NCBI GenBank assembly: GCA_964016885.1
Contig: OZ024746.1
Coordinates: 75,144,001-75,208,000 of the forward strand
Length of the DNA stretch: 64,000 nt
Direction of reading: 5' to 3'
Origin: Eledone cirrhosa
Lineage: Eukaryota
Below, in pieces: positions 1 to 14,710 of this stretch (the first letter of the stretch is position 1; each line of letters starts with the position of its first letter). A program made the translations under genes and the position numbers. Below the pieces are notes generated by a model. That model was given only the letters and a program-made list of their open reading frames with translations, was not told where the DNA came from and made no database searches.

Positions 1-29
1 TTGTAGTTAGTGGTGCTATTACGGAGGTA

Positions 30-1614
30 AATATTATAATAAAATGACAGGAGGCTGGACTTGTGTAAATCCTTGAAAGGTTTATTATACTATGATCATT
101 TCAATGACCGGGTTCCGTATGAATCCGCTGATATCATCTGGTATTCGAAATATAACAAATGAATGCAATAGATAAAATCCATGGGGCTGAAAATCATAGA
201 CCTGGAGGACGACCGACCACCTAGCATCTTCCACCTTAGCCGGTCCCCCTCAAGTGCTGGCTATTCAGTTTACTTGAGGCAATCTAGTGAGGGGGCTAAA
301 GCTTATAGTGTGCTACTAACCTCCGGGTCAAATAGAAGAAAGACATAAAGGAAGAGGAAGATAAGTCAGCGTTAATATCATGCTACAAGAAAAAAGACAG
401 AAAGAAAGAGGAAGAAAATGAAGAAGAAGAAAAGTCAACGTTAATGTCGAGCTACAAGAAGAAAGACAGAAAGAAAGAGGAAGAAAAGTCAGTACTGATG
501 TCATGCTACAGTCAGGCCAGGAATGCCGCGAAAAAAATTTTTTTCTAAAGGATCCGTATCTTAAGAGAGGTATATATTATAACAGAGGTAAATATAGTGC
601 GGGTCTGCATGTTATAATGTGTGAGCAGAGGATTGGAACGTTAAATTTTTGTTTAGATTTATAGGATGAAGTTACAAAAATTTAAGATTAACATTATAAA
701 ATTAAAGAAATTAGAAAATTGAAAATTAAACAGTTTAAAATTTTTAAGGTTTTGGGTTGCGAGGTTTAGGTAAAGAAACTTTTATGAAGAAACTTTAATT
801 GTATTATAGAGTAAAGATTATGTCTTTGTTTAGCAGTCAAACAGCATGCGGCGACTGCAGACCACATCCAGCCCATCCTAACCGCGTGTCAGCCATTCCG
901 AGTGAGATCGCTTAAGCAAAAGATGTGGAAATCAATTTTTCAAAGCACTCTAGGAATGTATATCAGGCTTCAGGTGTGCTAGTGGGAAGTCAGCCCTCGT
1001 CGTTAGGCCATCCTTGTACCAAACCAGTACTATTAATTTACCCAGGAGGGGCATTTGTTTAAGTAGAGGGAGGCATGATACATCTAATAGTTATGATTAG
1101 GTCTATAATTTAAAGGTACTATATGGCGGTCAAACACCGGCTGCGCGCCGGGCCCCTTGGGCCAATCAAGCCGCTCCGAGTAATGTTTGACCGCCATATA
1201 GTACCTTTAAATTAACGCTGACTTTTCTTCTTCTTCCTTTTCTTCCTCTTTCTTTCTGTCTTTTTTCTTGTAGCATGATATTAACGCTGACTTATCTTCC
1301 TCTTCCTTTCTGTCTTTCTTCTATTTGACCGGGAGGTTAGTAGCACACTATAAGCTTTAGCCCCCTCACCAGATTGCCTCAAGTAAACTGAATAGCCAGC
1401 ACTTGAGGGGGACCGACTAAGGTGGAAGATGCTAGGTGGTCGGTCGTCCTCCGGTCTATGATTTTCAGCCCCATGGATTTTATCTATTGCATTCATTTGT
1501 TATATTTCGAATACCTGATGATATCACGGGATTCATACGGAACCCGGTCATTGAAATGATCATAGTATAATAAACCTTTCAAGGATTTACACAAGTCCAG
1601 CCTCCTGTCATTTC

Positions 1615-1620
<6 letters not shown>
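30..1620. mobile_element. Inverted pair of Penelope-like pLTR copies ending at (TA)n
   Basis: About 35-440 is the reverse complement of about 1214-1620. Inner inverted repeat 1107-1136/1184-1213. Hammerhead followed by AATAAA in each copy. Confidence 0.75.
1511..1568 (+). ncRNA. Type I hammerhead ribozyme motif
   Basis: ATAC-CTGATGA-[imperfect stem II]-GAA-ATGATCAT-A-GTAT. Stem I ATAC/GTAT, palindromic stem III. The inverted copy at 87-144 has CAGATGA. Confidence 0.75.
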
Positions 1621-1666
<46 letters not shown>

Positions 1667-1704
1667 TCTCAGACACCAAACCGAGTATTTCCATGTTAGT
1701 GTGC

Positions 1705-1735
<31 letters not shown>

Positions 1736-1774
1736 AACATATGTATGCGCTCACTAACACGGTAATACTTAGTT

Positions 1775-1985
1775 TCGCGTTTGAGAGCAGGGTTAGCCCA
1801 TTGGCAGTAAAGGATCATATTTTCGCATCTCTTAGTCGTTTGGAAATGAGAGGTGGGGTGGCACTGCTGTTCAGTAAAGTTCTGGATCTCGAGGTTATGA
1901 TGATCTACCTGGACCCAGCCGTTAAGTTGGCAGTGCTGGACGTGAGCAATAACGCAGGTGATGCTTATAGACTAGTGATAGCATA
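1775..1985 (+). mobile_element. Tx1-like APE endonuclease fragment
   Basis: GGVALLFSKVLDLEVMMIYLDPAVKLAVLDV...AYRLVIA aligns with GGVVVLLQKHLGLATQMVHLDPEGRLVVLDL...AFRLVAA at about 59130-59270. Confidence 0.7.
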
Positions 1986-4395
1986 ACATTGTATGTCTTC
2001 TGTATTTGTGTATGTAAGTGCGTGTAAGTGTATAATATATATATATTTGTATTTGTATATGGATTTAAGTGTTTAATATTTATATAACTTATTGTAAACA
2101 TCTGAAGGTTCTGGAAGAGATCTAGTTAGTGGAGTAAAGTGGGTGTAAATTAGTAGCGTTTTGTGTGTCTGGGCATGTATACCTTCATGTTGGTAGGAGA
2201 TGTGATTCTCGGGGTGGGCAGCCTCTAAAAATCTTATTTTTTGTGTTAAGGCATTTGTTGGAGGATTTCAAACCCTGTAACATTCTGAATGTTTCATTTA
2301 GGAAAAGTGGACACTTCTTAGTACCTTTAATATAAGGGCCTGACTTGTTTATGGCATTTCATTTAATCGTGTATGATGTCCCTTTATCTTTCCGTTTCCA
2401 TACTCGGTTTCCTTTGCTGGGGTCTGAATGGCGTGATATATCATTATAATTATAATTACATTCAAAATTATACCCTTTTTCCTAACGAGATTCCATATAA
2501 ATAACGATAATTTATGCGTAAGTGCGTGCGTATATGCGTACGCATATGCTCATCCTTATACATCACACACCAGCGACAACCAACACTTGATGGCGCTCAC
2601 TTGAGGTTGCAGCTGCACGTACATCCCGGCTGCGTGTGGTACTGCGTTTGCATGGATTCCATTGCCTGGGCTAGGCTAAAAATACTCTCCAACATTTATT
2701 CTGGCCACTACCTCCACATCCTTGCTCTATTCCTCTGCACCTACACAGTGACTTCATACTTTGAAGTTCCACAGTTCTCAGTTGTACTGTCATAGCCTCG
2801 TTCGTGATGCCTTGTTGTATCTTTTCCGGTCATACCAATGACATGGGAGGTGTTAACGTGGATGCATGTCGCACCGGTTTCCTTTTCCTGTACACACCTA
2901 ATGATTCCCCCCCCCACCCCCCACCCCACCTCTATGTGTACTTTTATAAGTACGCATAGGTATATATTCAAGATTAACTGTGCTCATATATATGTGCGTG
3001 TGAATATACACATACACTCAAATTGTAAGCCTACACACATACCGGTCACCCTTTGTCACTCCTTTGTTAAAATCTGTCCCAAGTTTTTTTAGTATTAATC
3101 GCCCCACTCATCTGGAAAGGACCCCAGTCCATGGCAGAGTTGACTCCAGCTATCGCTGCTGCTGCTGCTGCTGCTGACTTTCAGATAAATGTACTAGAGG
3201 CACGCCAATTCCTTGCTCAATAGTACAACGTGCCTCTCAGTTCAGAAACTAAAATCATGATATAACGATCATAAGCTTGACATCATAACTTCTGTGTCTG
3301 TATTTTTATGTATGCCCACAAACACGCACGCGCACACACACACACGCCCCCCCCCCCCCCCCCCCCACGCCCCACTACCACCACACATACACACGGACAT
3401 ACATACATACATACATACATACATACATACATACATACATACATACATACATGCATGCATACATACATACATACATACATACATACATACTTGGATTTGT
3501 GGACAAAAAACGCAGCTCCCTAATTCATAGATTACAATGGCTGCGATACCAAAACATTCTCTCAAAACATTCTTGCGATTCAAGGGATAACAATTTCTTT
3601 TCTTTTACAACCTTGCCACCAGGAAGGTGGCCGGTCAAAAATGTACTCGAAATTAAGAGAAAGAGAAACATACATACATACATACATACATACATACATA
3701 CATACATACATACATACATACATACATACATACATACATACATACATGGTGGCTGCCAACTCGTTTTCGAGTACGGCCACTACTTTATATCCATGTAGGA
3801 GAACCCCTACCGATGCGCTGAACGAGTGTGACTTTTTAGTCCAGCCAGCGACTTGAAAACTCTGGTACAAACACTACACTTGTGACAATTATTGACACAT
3901 AATGCTGGACCCATGGTACCATGTGACGACAAGTGCAGAGAGATCTCCAGATATAAAGCAATGCCTGTGCCGTGATGCTTTTATAGTGAGTAAAGGCACT
4001 GCACAAAGCCAGTCCCACTCTCTTAACCAAGATGATATTTACCAAAAAGAAGAACAAGTCAACATCATTGGATACCATCAGAGTTGCAGGTGTTATATCA
4101 GAGTTTTCCTTCTCCTAGAATTCTGCCTTGACAAAGGCTAAGGGGTCATACATACATATATACATACTACGTACATACATACATACATACATACATACAT
4201 ACATACATACATACATACATACATACAAACATAGAAGTGGACACAGGAGACGAAGTCAGAGAAAACAACAACGGAACAATGGGGCAGTCCCTTCTCTTCA
4301 GTCTACTTCTAAAAATCCTTATGTCCCGTTGCATTAAAGTTGAGACTATTCATTGCAATGTACATGGGACAGTAACAGAACAAGATAGAGAGACA

Positions 4396-5690
4396 TAGGG
4401 CAAATTATACCTTTCAGCGAATTACGCAAATAGGGCAAATTATACCTTTCAGCGAATTACGCAAATAGGGCAAATTATACCTTTCAGCGAATTACGCAAA
4501 TAGGGCAAATTATACCTTTCAGCGAATTACACAAATAGGGCAAATTATACCTTTCAGCGAATTACACAAATAGGGCAAATTATACCTTTCATCGAATTAC
4601 ACAAATAGGGCAAATTATACCTTGCAGCGAATTACACAAATAGGGCAAATTATACCGTTCATCGAATTACACAAATAGGGCAAATTATACCTTGCAGCGA
4701 ATTACACAAATAGGGCAAATTATACCTTTCAGCGAATTACACAAATAAGGCAAATTATACCTTTCAGCGAATTACGCAAATAGGGCAAATTATACCTTTC
4801 AGCGAATTACACAATTAGGGCAAATTATACCTTTCAGCGAATTAGACAAATAGGGCAAATTATACCTTTCAACGAATTACACAAATAGGGCAAATTATAC
4901 CTTGCAGCGAATTACACAAATAGGGCAAATTATACCTTTCATCGAATTACACAAATAGGGCAAATTATACCCTTCAGTGAATTACGCAAATAAGGCAAAT
5001 TATACCTTTCATCGAATTACACAAATAGGGCAAATTATACCTTTCAGCGAATTACGCAAATAGGGCAAATTATACCTTTCAGCGAATTATGCAAATAAGG
5101 CAAATTATACCTTTCATCGAATTACACAAATAGGGCAAATTATACCTTTCAGCGAATTACACAAATAGGGCAAATTATACCTTTCATCGAATTACACAAA
5201 TAGGGCAAATTATACCTTGCAGCGAATTACGCAAATAGGGCAAATAATACCTTTCATCGAATTACACAAATAGGGCAAATTATACCTTTCAGCAAATTAC
5301 GCAAATAGGGCAAATTATACCTTTCAGCGAATTACACAATTAGGGCAAATTATACCTTTCAGCGAATTAGACAAATAGGGCAAATTATACCTTGCAGCGA
5401 ATTACACAAATAGGGCAAATTATACCTTTCATCGAATTACACAAATAGGGCAAATTATACCTTTCAGCGAATTACACAAATAGGGCAAATTATACCTTGC
5501 AGCGAATTACACAAATAGGGCAAATTATACCTTGCAGCGAATTACACAAATAGGGCAAATTATACCTTTCAGCGAATTACACAAATAGGGCAAATTATAC
5601 CTTTCATCGAATTACACAAATAGGGCAAATTATACCATTCATCGAATTACACAAATAGGGCAAATTATACCTTGCAGCGAATTACACAAA
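4396..5690. repeat. 35-bp minisatellite, ~37 copies (TAGGGCAAATTATACCTTTCAGCGAATTACACAAA)
   Basis: Head-to-tail copies without spacers, few variant positions. Confidence 0.97.
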
Positions 5691-6337
5691 TAAAGACAAA
5701 ATAAATGCTACAAACCAAAGGAAGAGATAGAAATGCGATGTTCAATATATAGTTTTGCCATGATAAGAAAAATAGAAATTAATAGGTCGGACTAACTTTA
5801 ATACAGCGAAACTATAAGGATTTCCTAAGTTGAGTGAAGAGAAGCGACTGATTTTTCCAATTTTTCTTTTTTTTTCGTTCTCGTTGTTTTGAGCGCCCCT
5901 TCTCCCCATTCCGCCATTTTGATTCTTATTCGATTATGTTCTCAGTTACGCCAGTCTTTTTAACACCTACCTAAAAATAGACATTACGCTACCTCCAATC
6001 TATCGTTCGAAAAAGGTTAATTTGGGGTTACACATCAACAAACAAACAAATGGCATACCGTCTATATTCTTGACGATATACATGATAGTTGTCGAATATA
6101 TACACACAGAAACATTCACACACACAAAGATACTTCGAACCCCACACATACTAAAACATATATATACTTACAGACAGAGAAACATACACAGCCCCCTCTT
6201 CCTACATACATATAGAAGTCCACAGAGATATACACACGCAGAACCTACATTCTGACATCAAGTAATGTGAGTTGACATAGTGTATATGTTTATACGCACA
6301 CGCATACACACACACACTCATACACACCCAAACACAC

Positions 6338-7127
<790 letters not shown>

Positions 7128-7391
7128 TGTCGGCAGATATGATAAGAAATAAATGTTATCCTTTCAACGAAGCCAGACAGTTGTTGGCTACAGGCAAATA
7201 TCAAGACAGCTGAACAATAGAAATCTACTGTCTTGATTTGTCAACTCACCACACGGGATGTCCACATGTTTTGCGTATGCTTATCTCTGTGTGTCAACAT
7301 GTGTACTTATACATCTGTAAGGTATTGGGATGGGTGGTTAGATATTTATGTATGTCGGTGACTGTGTATGTATGTGTGCGTGTGTGGGTGG

Positions 7392-7439
<48 letters not shown>

Positions 7440-7483
7440 AAGTTAAATAAAAGTCAAATGATTAAAATTTAGCTTCGTTTATT

Positions 7484-7538
7484 ACTGCTATATATATTTC
7501 CTTGACAGCCATCTTTGGCTGTGACCTCTTCAGGCAGT
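7484..7538 (-). ncRNA. Type I hammerhead ribozyme motif
   Basis: ACTGC-CTGAAGA-GGTC-ACAGCC-AAAGAT-GGCTGT-CAAG-GAA-ATATATAT-A-GCAGT, followed by AATAAA. Confidence 0.72.
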
Positions 7539-7700
7539 TTGAATTAGTATGGTATAGACAAGTACATATGTTGTTGAGGTGTATAATATTGTCAATGAAT
7601 TAACAACCCAACAAGGAACTAGGCATATCAGAGTATTGACAATATTATACACCTAAACAACATATGTACTTGTCTATGCCATACTAATTCAAACTGCCTG

Positions 7701-8216
7701 AGACGATTGCCGTCACTTATTGATTCTTCATTGTCACCCCATCCGCGTCCATGACTTTGTAGATGACTTTGTAGGCCAGCTGTAGATCTGCATGGTTTAC
7801 GACACAGGTGACAGAAGAGAACTGTGCTTTCCACAGGACCGATGGAGGGTCACACTGAGGGACACAATTTTATGTACCACCATGTGTTTTTTTTTTAGTT
7901 CTACACACATGGTGGTACATAAAATTGTGTCCCTCAGCGTGACCCTCCATATATATATATATATATATGGAGGGTCACGCTGAGGGACACAATTTTATGT
8001 ACCACCATGTGTGTAGAACTAAAAAAAAAACACATGGTGGTACATAAAATTGTGTCCCTCAGTGTGACCCTCCATCGGTCCTGTGGAAAGCACAGTTCTC
8101 TTCTGTCACCTGTGTCGTAAACCATGCAGATCTACAGCTGGCCTACAAAGTCATCTACAAAGTCATGGACGCGGATGGGGTGACAATGAAGAATCAATAA
8201 GTGACGGCAATCGTCT
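7701..8216. repeat. Nested palindrome centred on a (TA)n tract; arms carry an RTE-like C2H2 3' fragment plus an internal hairpin
   Basis: 7701-7958 and 7959-8216 are reverse complements. Each arm holds a ~45-bp-stem hairpin and encodes FCHLCRKPCRSTAGLQSHLQSH. Confidence 0.85.
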
Positions 8217-9213
8217 GTGAAGACGCTGCAATCTTCATGTATGTATGAATGTATGTATGTCATGTCAGGTGGCTCTCAAGTGTTAACATGTAACCTAGTA
8301 CGATGTGCTCATGGTCGTGTCGTCGGCAACTAAACCGGCTACCCACCAAGCTTGCTTGGCGAGGAGGGTGACATTTGGACACCCTGCGGGATGAAATACA
8401 AGACCTGGCAAAGGACGGCGGAACTCCGCATAGTCAACGGTCATCCAAGTAGTACCTTTTTTTTTACCTGGTAGTAAAGGGTCCACAGTTGTTGTCTAAG
8501 AGAGGTAAACTCTGGAAAAAAAAACCTGCGGCTTCGGAAGCATCCTTTTCGGGTAGTGTTTTCGATCGTGTGAGAGTGGGATTGGCAAGGCCTTTCTCCA
8601 CTTTAAAAAAATGTTCAAAGCACAGGCATTGCGTGTTTGGGTTATGTTACAGGTTCGTGTGGCTGGCCGTAGCCTAAAAGTGCACCGTTTTCTGTAATCC
8701 GACAAGCGATTGCGATACTCTTAGCAGAGTTTGCAGCAATCATGTATGTATGTATGTATGTATGTATGTATGTATGTATGTATGTATGTATGTATGTATG
8801 TATGTATGTATGTATGTATGTATGCGTTTCGTTATGTGTGGGAATCCATGTATGTTTGCGCGACTGAATGACTGTGTGTGAGTATGTATTCTAGTATATG
8901 TATGCATGTATATCGTCAATAATGTAGGCAGTATGCTATTGTTTGTTTTTTTTGTTTTATTGTTTGTTTGTTTGTTTTTGTTTGTTTTGTGTAAACCCCA
9001 AATTTACCTTTATCAAGCAGATTTATGTTGACATTTTTAAGACCAAGAACGTCCTGTCTTTTTTTTACCAAGCACACCTCAGTTCACCCAGATGACACTG
9101 CAAAGTGTAACTCTTTTCTAAATTGGAGTGTAGCCTTATATAAGTGTAAACTGCAAAACGTCCTGTGATTTAGCGTAGTATGGAACTGCAAACCACTTTT
9201 TGTTGGCGTTGTT

Positions 9214-9445
9214 AAGCTAAACCTCGCCTTGCGCTGGTGAGTGACGCCATTTTGAGCTAAACTGCGCTGTGTATTAGTGAATAACGTAACATAGAGCTAT
9301 ACACCGCTATAAGTTAGGTAATAGCCTACCACAGAGGTAAACTGCATTGTTTGATGTGGAATAATGTAGCATAGAGCTATAACTCATTGTGAATTGGTGA
9401 ATAAACTAACGTAGAGTGTGTTGATGAATACATTAACATAAAGAT
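9214..9445. repeat. Highly diverged 40-bp periodic array (5-6 units)
   Basis: Units start with (G/A)AG(C/G)TA at 9214, 9254, 9294, 9334 and 9374, and with GAG at 9414, at exact 40-bp spacing. Confidence 0.7.
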
Positions 9446-10992
9446 CAACCTTGGTGAGCCGAATCTACATTCTGTATTATTTCATTTACTAGCACATTTA
9501 ATGTAGCTTAGACATACCTGAATATCCCACAACCAATCATCGTTTAACTTTGGTGGTGTAATGACGGCTATTTCTTTTCAATGCGAATGTAGTTTCAATT
9601 GATTAAAAATACTCATTTGCTCCTAACTTTAATTAAGTTAGCCTATACGTAGCAACATCTACTTTATGCAGAAAACAACCCTCATAAGATTTTCCATTAA
9701 ATTAGCAATAAATATCACTAAAAATATATTTTCCATATTTGTTGCCTTTTTAGAACTGCAGATTCCATAACATAATTTACTTGTTTATGTTGTTATTACA
9801 CCTGAAAAATTCGCTCCGACATAGCTATTACTCATGAAAAATTAATGAATACAATGTTATCTAATTTACTATCTTCTATAGTATTTCATTAATCAGTAAT
9901 AAGTATATGTTTCCATGATGACGGTGGAAAAGAAGCCTTAACAAAGACTATACGTTTAAGTCTATTTAGTTCATTATTTGAGATCCGAACACGATGATTG
10001 ACCTTGATCTTTTACTCTCATAGTCGAGGGTCAACAAAATAATTACGAGTGAAATATTCCTCAAGTGAAAAGATCTTGATAATAGGAGGAGGGGAGAGGA
10101 GCTGATGGCCAAGTTGATAGGGTACTGAAAAATAGACCAGGAGATTAGTAGTTCGTGTCCTGATTCCCAAACTATATTACATTTCAAAATTAGGTACAAT
10201 GCCAGTAGTTTGGAGTAGGAAGGGAAATCCATTATATGGATCCAAGTACATGGAATGATGACAGGAAATGTCGACCTTGGAGAGATTTGAACGTAGAACA
10301 TAGAAGGTTGTGACTAAATACAGCAAAGCATTTTGTCCGACACTCTACAGATACTGCCAATCATCAACTACCCTAACTGCGTAACTATACCATGCTTTCT
10401 AGCATAGTTACGTCCCTTTACAGTCTGAGTTCAAATCCCGCCTAGGTTAACTTTGCCTTTCATCCTTACGGGGTCGATAAAATAAAGTACCAGTAATGTA
10501 CTGGTTGATTGCTGGCCTTGTGCCTAAAGTAGAAACAATTATATATATTGCAATGACATTTAGCTCTGAATAGCCGATTACACCAAGATCTTAGTAACTA
10601 CTACATAGTAATATAGTTCATTAATGTACTCATGTACAATTGACGAATGTCGTGTTGTCTTCTAACTTTGTGTTTAAGCTTTTCTATGGGGCTGTAGAAG
10701 ATACTCGGAAACCACCCCGATGCATTATTTTCTAGAAACACTTTGTCAAATCCAGGCCATTTGTAATTTCCAAATAAACACACTGTGTTGCTAAACTAAC
10801 CGGCTTTAAGTACATAATACGCTTGAGAAAGTCATGTAAGACTATATCATCATTTGTCTCCTTCTAATTCAGAAAGGTATACAGTATAACATTGTTATAG
10901 TAATCTACGAATACAAACTGGTGAGTTTGCGTCAAACAATTGTCTTCTTTCTCCAGCTTTACTCGTACAGAAATTGACTCTCATGCCTGAAA

Positions 10993-11376
10993 ATAATTGT
11001 TTCTACTTTTGGCACAAGGCCAGCAATTACCCAGTGCATTACTGGTACTTTATTTTATCGACCCCGCAAGAATGAAAGGCAAAGTTAACCTTAGCAGGAT
11101 TTGAACTCAGAATGGCAAGGGCCGTGACTTTATGCGTCAAAGCATGGCGTTCGACCCTCTACCGATACTGCCAATCCACCGAAAATAATTGTTTCTACTT
11201 TTGGCACAAGGCCAGCAATTACCCAGTACATTACTGGTACTTTATTTTATCGACCCCATAAGGATGAAAGGCAAACAGTTAACCTCGGCGGGATTTGAAC
11301 TCAGAATGGCAAGAGCCGTAACTCTATGCTGGAAAGCATGGCGTCCGACCCTCTACCGATACTGCCAATCCACCAC
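10993..11376 (-). mobile_element. Two tandem copies of the ~190-bp tRNA-derived SINE (Octopus OK-like)
   Basis: Consensus GGTGGATTGGCAGTATCGGTAGAG...GAGTTCAAATCCCGCCGAGGTTAACTTTGCCTTTCATCC...GTAGAAACAATTAT, with Pol III A/B boxes. Confidence 0.85.
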
Positions 11377-11739
11377 CGAAAGTAATTATGAATATTTATG
11401 TCACTACATATTTTCTCTATTTATGTTCAATATAATCTGTACCTGTAATATACAAGATTCCATTTGAGACCCTGTATCATATCACTAATAAAAATAATTT
11501 AGTATCTAGTCAAAAGATATTAACAGTTACTTTTTATTATATAAATTCAATATTCTCTCTATATTTTTCTTTACAGAGTAATTATTTATGAAATATAATT
11601 TGCTGTTACTATTGCAGCTACTGTTGCTGGTGTCTTATTCTTGCTGTTAGCTTTTCGTTAGGTTGCTGTTATTGCTGCTGCTTTTGATGTGACTATTGTG
11701 GTTCTCATTGTCGAGGTTTAATAGTATTTTTATCTTTCT

Positions 11740-11948
11740 TTAGTGTTCTGGTTTGCAGCTAGGTACGTTAGAACGAAAGTCGCATTGTTGTTTATCAGCG
11801 TTGAACACAGTTCCCGATGCACACCGTTGAGCGTTCTGATCATTTGAATCACAGGATATATACTGGCTACAATCTCCAGGGTAAGTGATGAGAATGTGTC
11901 CTTTACCTCGTGCTATATTGCATTCTGATCGGAATTTGTTGAGTTGCG
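11740..11948 (-). CDS. Chitin-binding gene A, exon 3 (CBM14 domain 3, stop); spliced protein 228 aa
   Basis: Polypyrimidine + AACAG acceptor, phase 1. C...YPGDCSQYISC...CASGTVFNADKQQCDFRSNVPSC, TAA at 11740-11742. The three exons sum to 687 nt in frame. Confidence 0.88.
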
Positions 11949-12356
11949 CTGTTAACGACAAAAAGCAAGAAATAGAAGTTTAGATTTTTGCAAACTATTA
12001 ATCAATATCTACCATACAACACTCTCTCTCATTCCCTCTCACTCTATCCATCACTACCGCACTCTCCCCCCTCTCTATATCTAATATACAACACACTCTC
12101 CAAACCTTCCTCTCTATATCAATTACCACCAAACTCTCCCCCTCTCTATATCTATTATATATCTATCTCTCCCATCTATCTCTGTATAGTAACATGTACA
12201 TAAATTGTAACGCATATACAAATAGATGTGTTTTTGGTAGTTTGGGGAGAAAAATTATTTGGGGGAGGTATGGCCCCTTGGCCCTCCTAGTTACACCATC
12301 CTTGCAATAATTCTATATGAACATATATACATATATATATAGTCTGAGACTCCTAT

Positions 12357-12424
<68 letters not shown>

Positions 12425-12427
<3 letters not shown>

Positions 12428-12692
12428 TCTCAGACACAGAGAAAGACCGTAAACACAGTCGATTGCTGTAAATAATAGCTTAGAAAATCGAATAAAATAC
12501 CCCTATGGACGATAAGAAGTGGCTAGCTGACGCTAAGACGAATCGAACTCTGTATCTCAAATTCCGACAACTATTTCCCTCAAAATTATATGCCCACTTT
12601 TGTCTGTCCATAGGAGTATTTTACCCGAATTTCTACTCTATTATTTATAACAATTGATTCTATTTACAGTTATTTTCTGTGTCTGAACCTCC
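12425..12692. mobile_element. Old MITE-like element with ~100-bp imperfect terminal inverted repeats, in intron 2 of gene A
   Basis: 12425-12522 (TCAGACACAGA...TAAAATACCCCTATGGAC..AAGTGG) aligns with the reverse complement of 12594-12692. Confidence 0.65.
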
Positions 12693-14503
12693 CACATTAC
12701 CTAGGTATTTCATAACTACGCAGCGCTTCAATATTTCGATACGTAGCATTAACTGTTGTTTACATACAAAACCTCTTCGATTTATCGTGAACACATGCCG
12801 CAATAAAAGTTGAGATTCTACTTTAGAAATATATTAATGAAAATTATATATTCTTATCTATAGAGAATATAGTATTTTTGTGTGTGAGATGAGGGTATGG
12901 ATAATGCGGGGTCTTATATGTGTAGGTGTATGTTTATGTCTATGAGTGGTTCGAAGGATGTATTTGTATTGAAATAAGGCACCTTAAAAATATTCTAGTT
13001 GTAATGTAATGTACTCTAGATAATAGAAGAAAATGACATTTATAAGGTAAATAGACATGAAAATATAAATTACTTGGCAAAGCAACAAAAACTCGTTTTC
13101 AATATATAGACATGTAAGACCAAAAATATATTGTCCAAATGTTATTCTAAACAGAAAATCGTTTAGGCATGATTAATTCATAATTATTTACCTGAATCAA
13201 ATGGGAGTGGTATTTTAATATTTTAACCAAAATTGAGCTACTAACTAGGGAAAACGTTCACTAACCATAATCGTGAGTGTTGCCGTACTTAATGTCACAT
13301 CATTGACATTAGAACTCATCCTCTGACATTACGCCTCTTTCCTTGACGTTAAATGAATAAGAGTACACAACCAAATGCTAGTCATTCATAAAGTTAATGT
13401 CCAGCTGCTGCTGCTAGTGGTACTCATTTTCAGCTGGGTGTAGTGGAGCAGCGTGAAATAAAGTGTTGTGCTTGAGAACACGAAGTTCGTGAGCCCAACT
13501 GTCTTACCACTATGCCACGCGTTTTGGTTCTTGGATCTTAAAACTGAGTAAAAACTAGACTAATTCGCAACCCATTGGATTGTGTCATATATTTTTAAAT
13601 TAAATATCAAACAATATAGTTAACTTACTCATCTTAAGACTAAGCTACAAATCTAAGTAAGAAAACGTTAAAATATATAAGAAGAATTGTGTCTTTTTAA
13701 TCTTTGGTAGAATTGAAGATTGCCGAGTAATTAGAATATCAGCCGACCGCTGGAATTGTTATTGCCCTGTATTCTATTCGGGTTATCCATGACAGAAGGA
13801 CTTCATTTTTAAAAGCCCAGGACATGAAATCGCAACCTAGCTATCATAGTTACGTGAAGTACTGTTCTGTAACTGCGCAAGTACTAAATACCTGGTGTAT
13901 GTATCGTACGTTACCAGTGACAGAATTAAATCCTTTAATGGAGAAATTATGCAGTAGTTTTACGTTCTTCTATGCAGGAAAGTGAATAATATTTCTACTG
14001 CTGAATGCCAACACAATCTATAATTAAGATCCAGTTTAGCACCACAAATTAAACATTTACTCACATCCGTATGTCCACGATTATATGTTTAAAGCATTGA
14101 TATGTATATTGTTTTTGTCTGAATAGATAAATGATTAAAGATATAACAGTCGTAACTAATTCGTCTTCCTTTCTAGACATAATGTATATATGACTGCATT
14201 CGCGAGTATTCTTTTTAATTGTCAAAGCTATATGATTGAAAGAAGATTTAGCTGTTTTTTTCTAGCATATAGGAAGACTATCGCAAACAGACTTCCTCGC
14301 TGGCCCGGCAAAGTAAGTTTAGGCCTGGCCTGTATTGATGGTAGTATGTAATGAGCATTAGAACTGTCTTGGTAATAGAATATCGTTTGCCTAACGCAAA
14401 TAAATGAGTAAATGAGTAATGTAGCCCTTTAAGCCGCTTATATACCTTAAGTTTTACGTTGTTATTGACGTAAAAAAAGAAAAGAGAAGAAAGTAAGGTT
14501 TAC

Positions 14504-14710
14504 CGCTATCTGCCATCTTATTTGGTCGATTACCACAGTCCACTCTGGTTGGCCACATACACATTCTGTTCGTGGCGTTGTAGAGAAGACCTTGAGGGCA
14601 CCATTTAACAGAGAGTGACGTTCCTTCCCAGCATTCAACAAATCTTGCACAATCAGATGGTTCAGGGTTACTTCCGTTTTTATGTAAGCAACGGGCATCC
14701 TTCTCAATAT
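14504..14710 (-). CDS. Chitin-binding gene A, exon 2 (CBM14 domain 2)
   Basis: TTTCAG acceptor and GTAAAC donor, 207 nt, phase 1-1. CLHKNGSNPEPSDCARFVECWEG...CPQGLLYNATNRMCMWPTRVDC has canonical ChtBD2 spacing. Confidence 0.9.

Noticed and set aside
4396-5690. 35-bp repeat array as a CRISPR array
   Set aside because: Units are contiguous with no unique spacers, there are no cas genes, and the context is eukaryotic; it is a minisatellite.
7703-7834. Host C2H2 zinc-finger gene (CHLC...HLQSH)
   Set aside because: Single finger typical of RTE ORF C-termini, duplicated within a palindrome, with no supporting exon structure.
10601-10783. Extra exon of gene A
   Set aside because: Downstream of the stop codon, with no Cys pattern or convincing splice sites.
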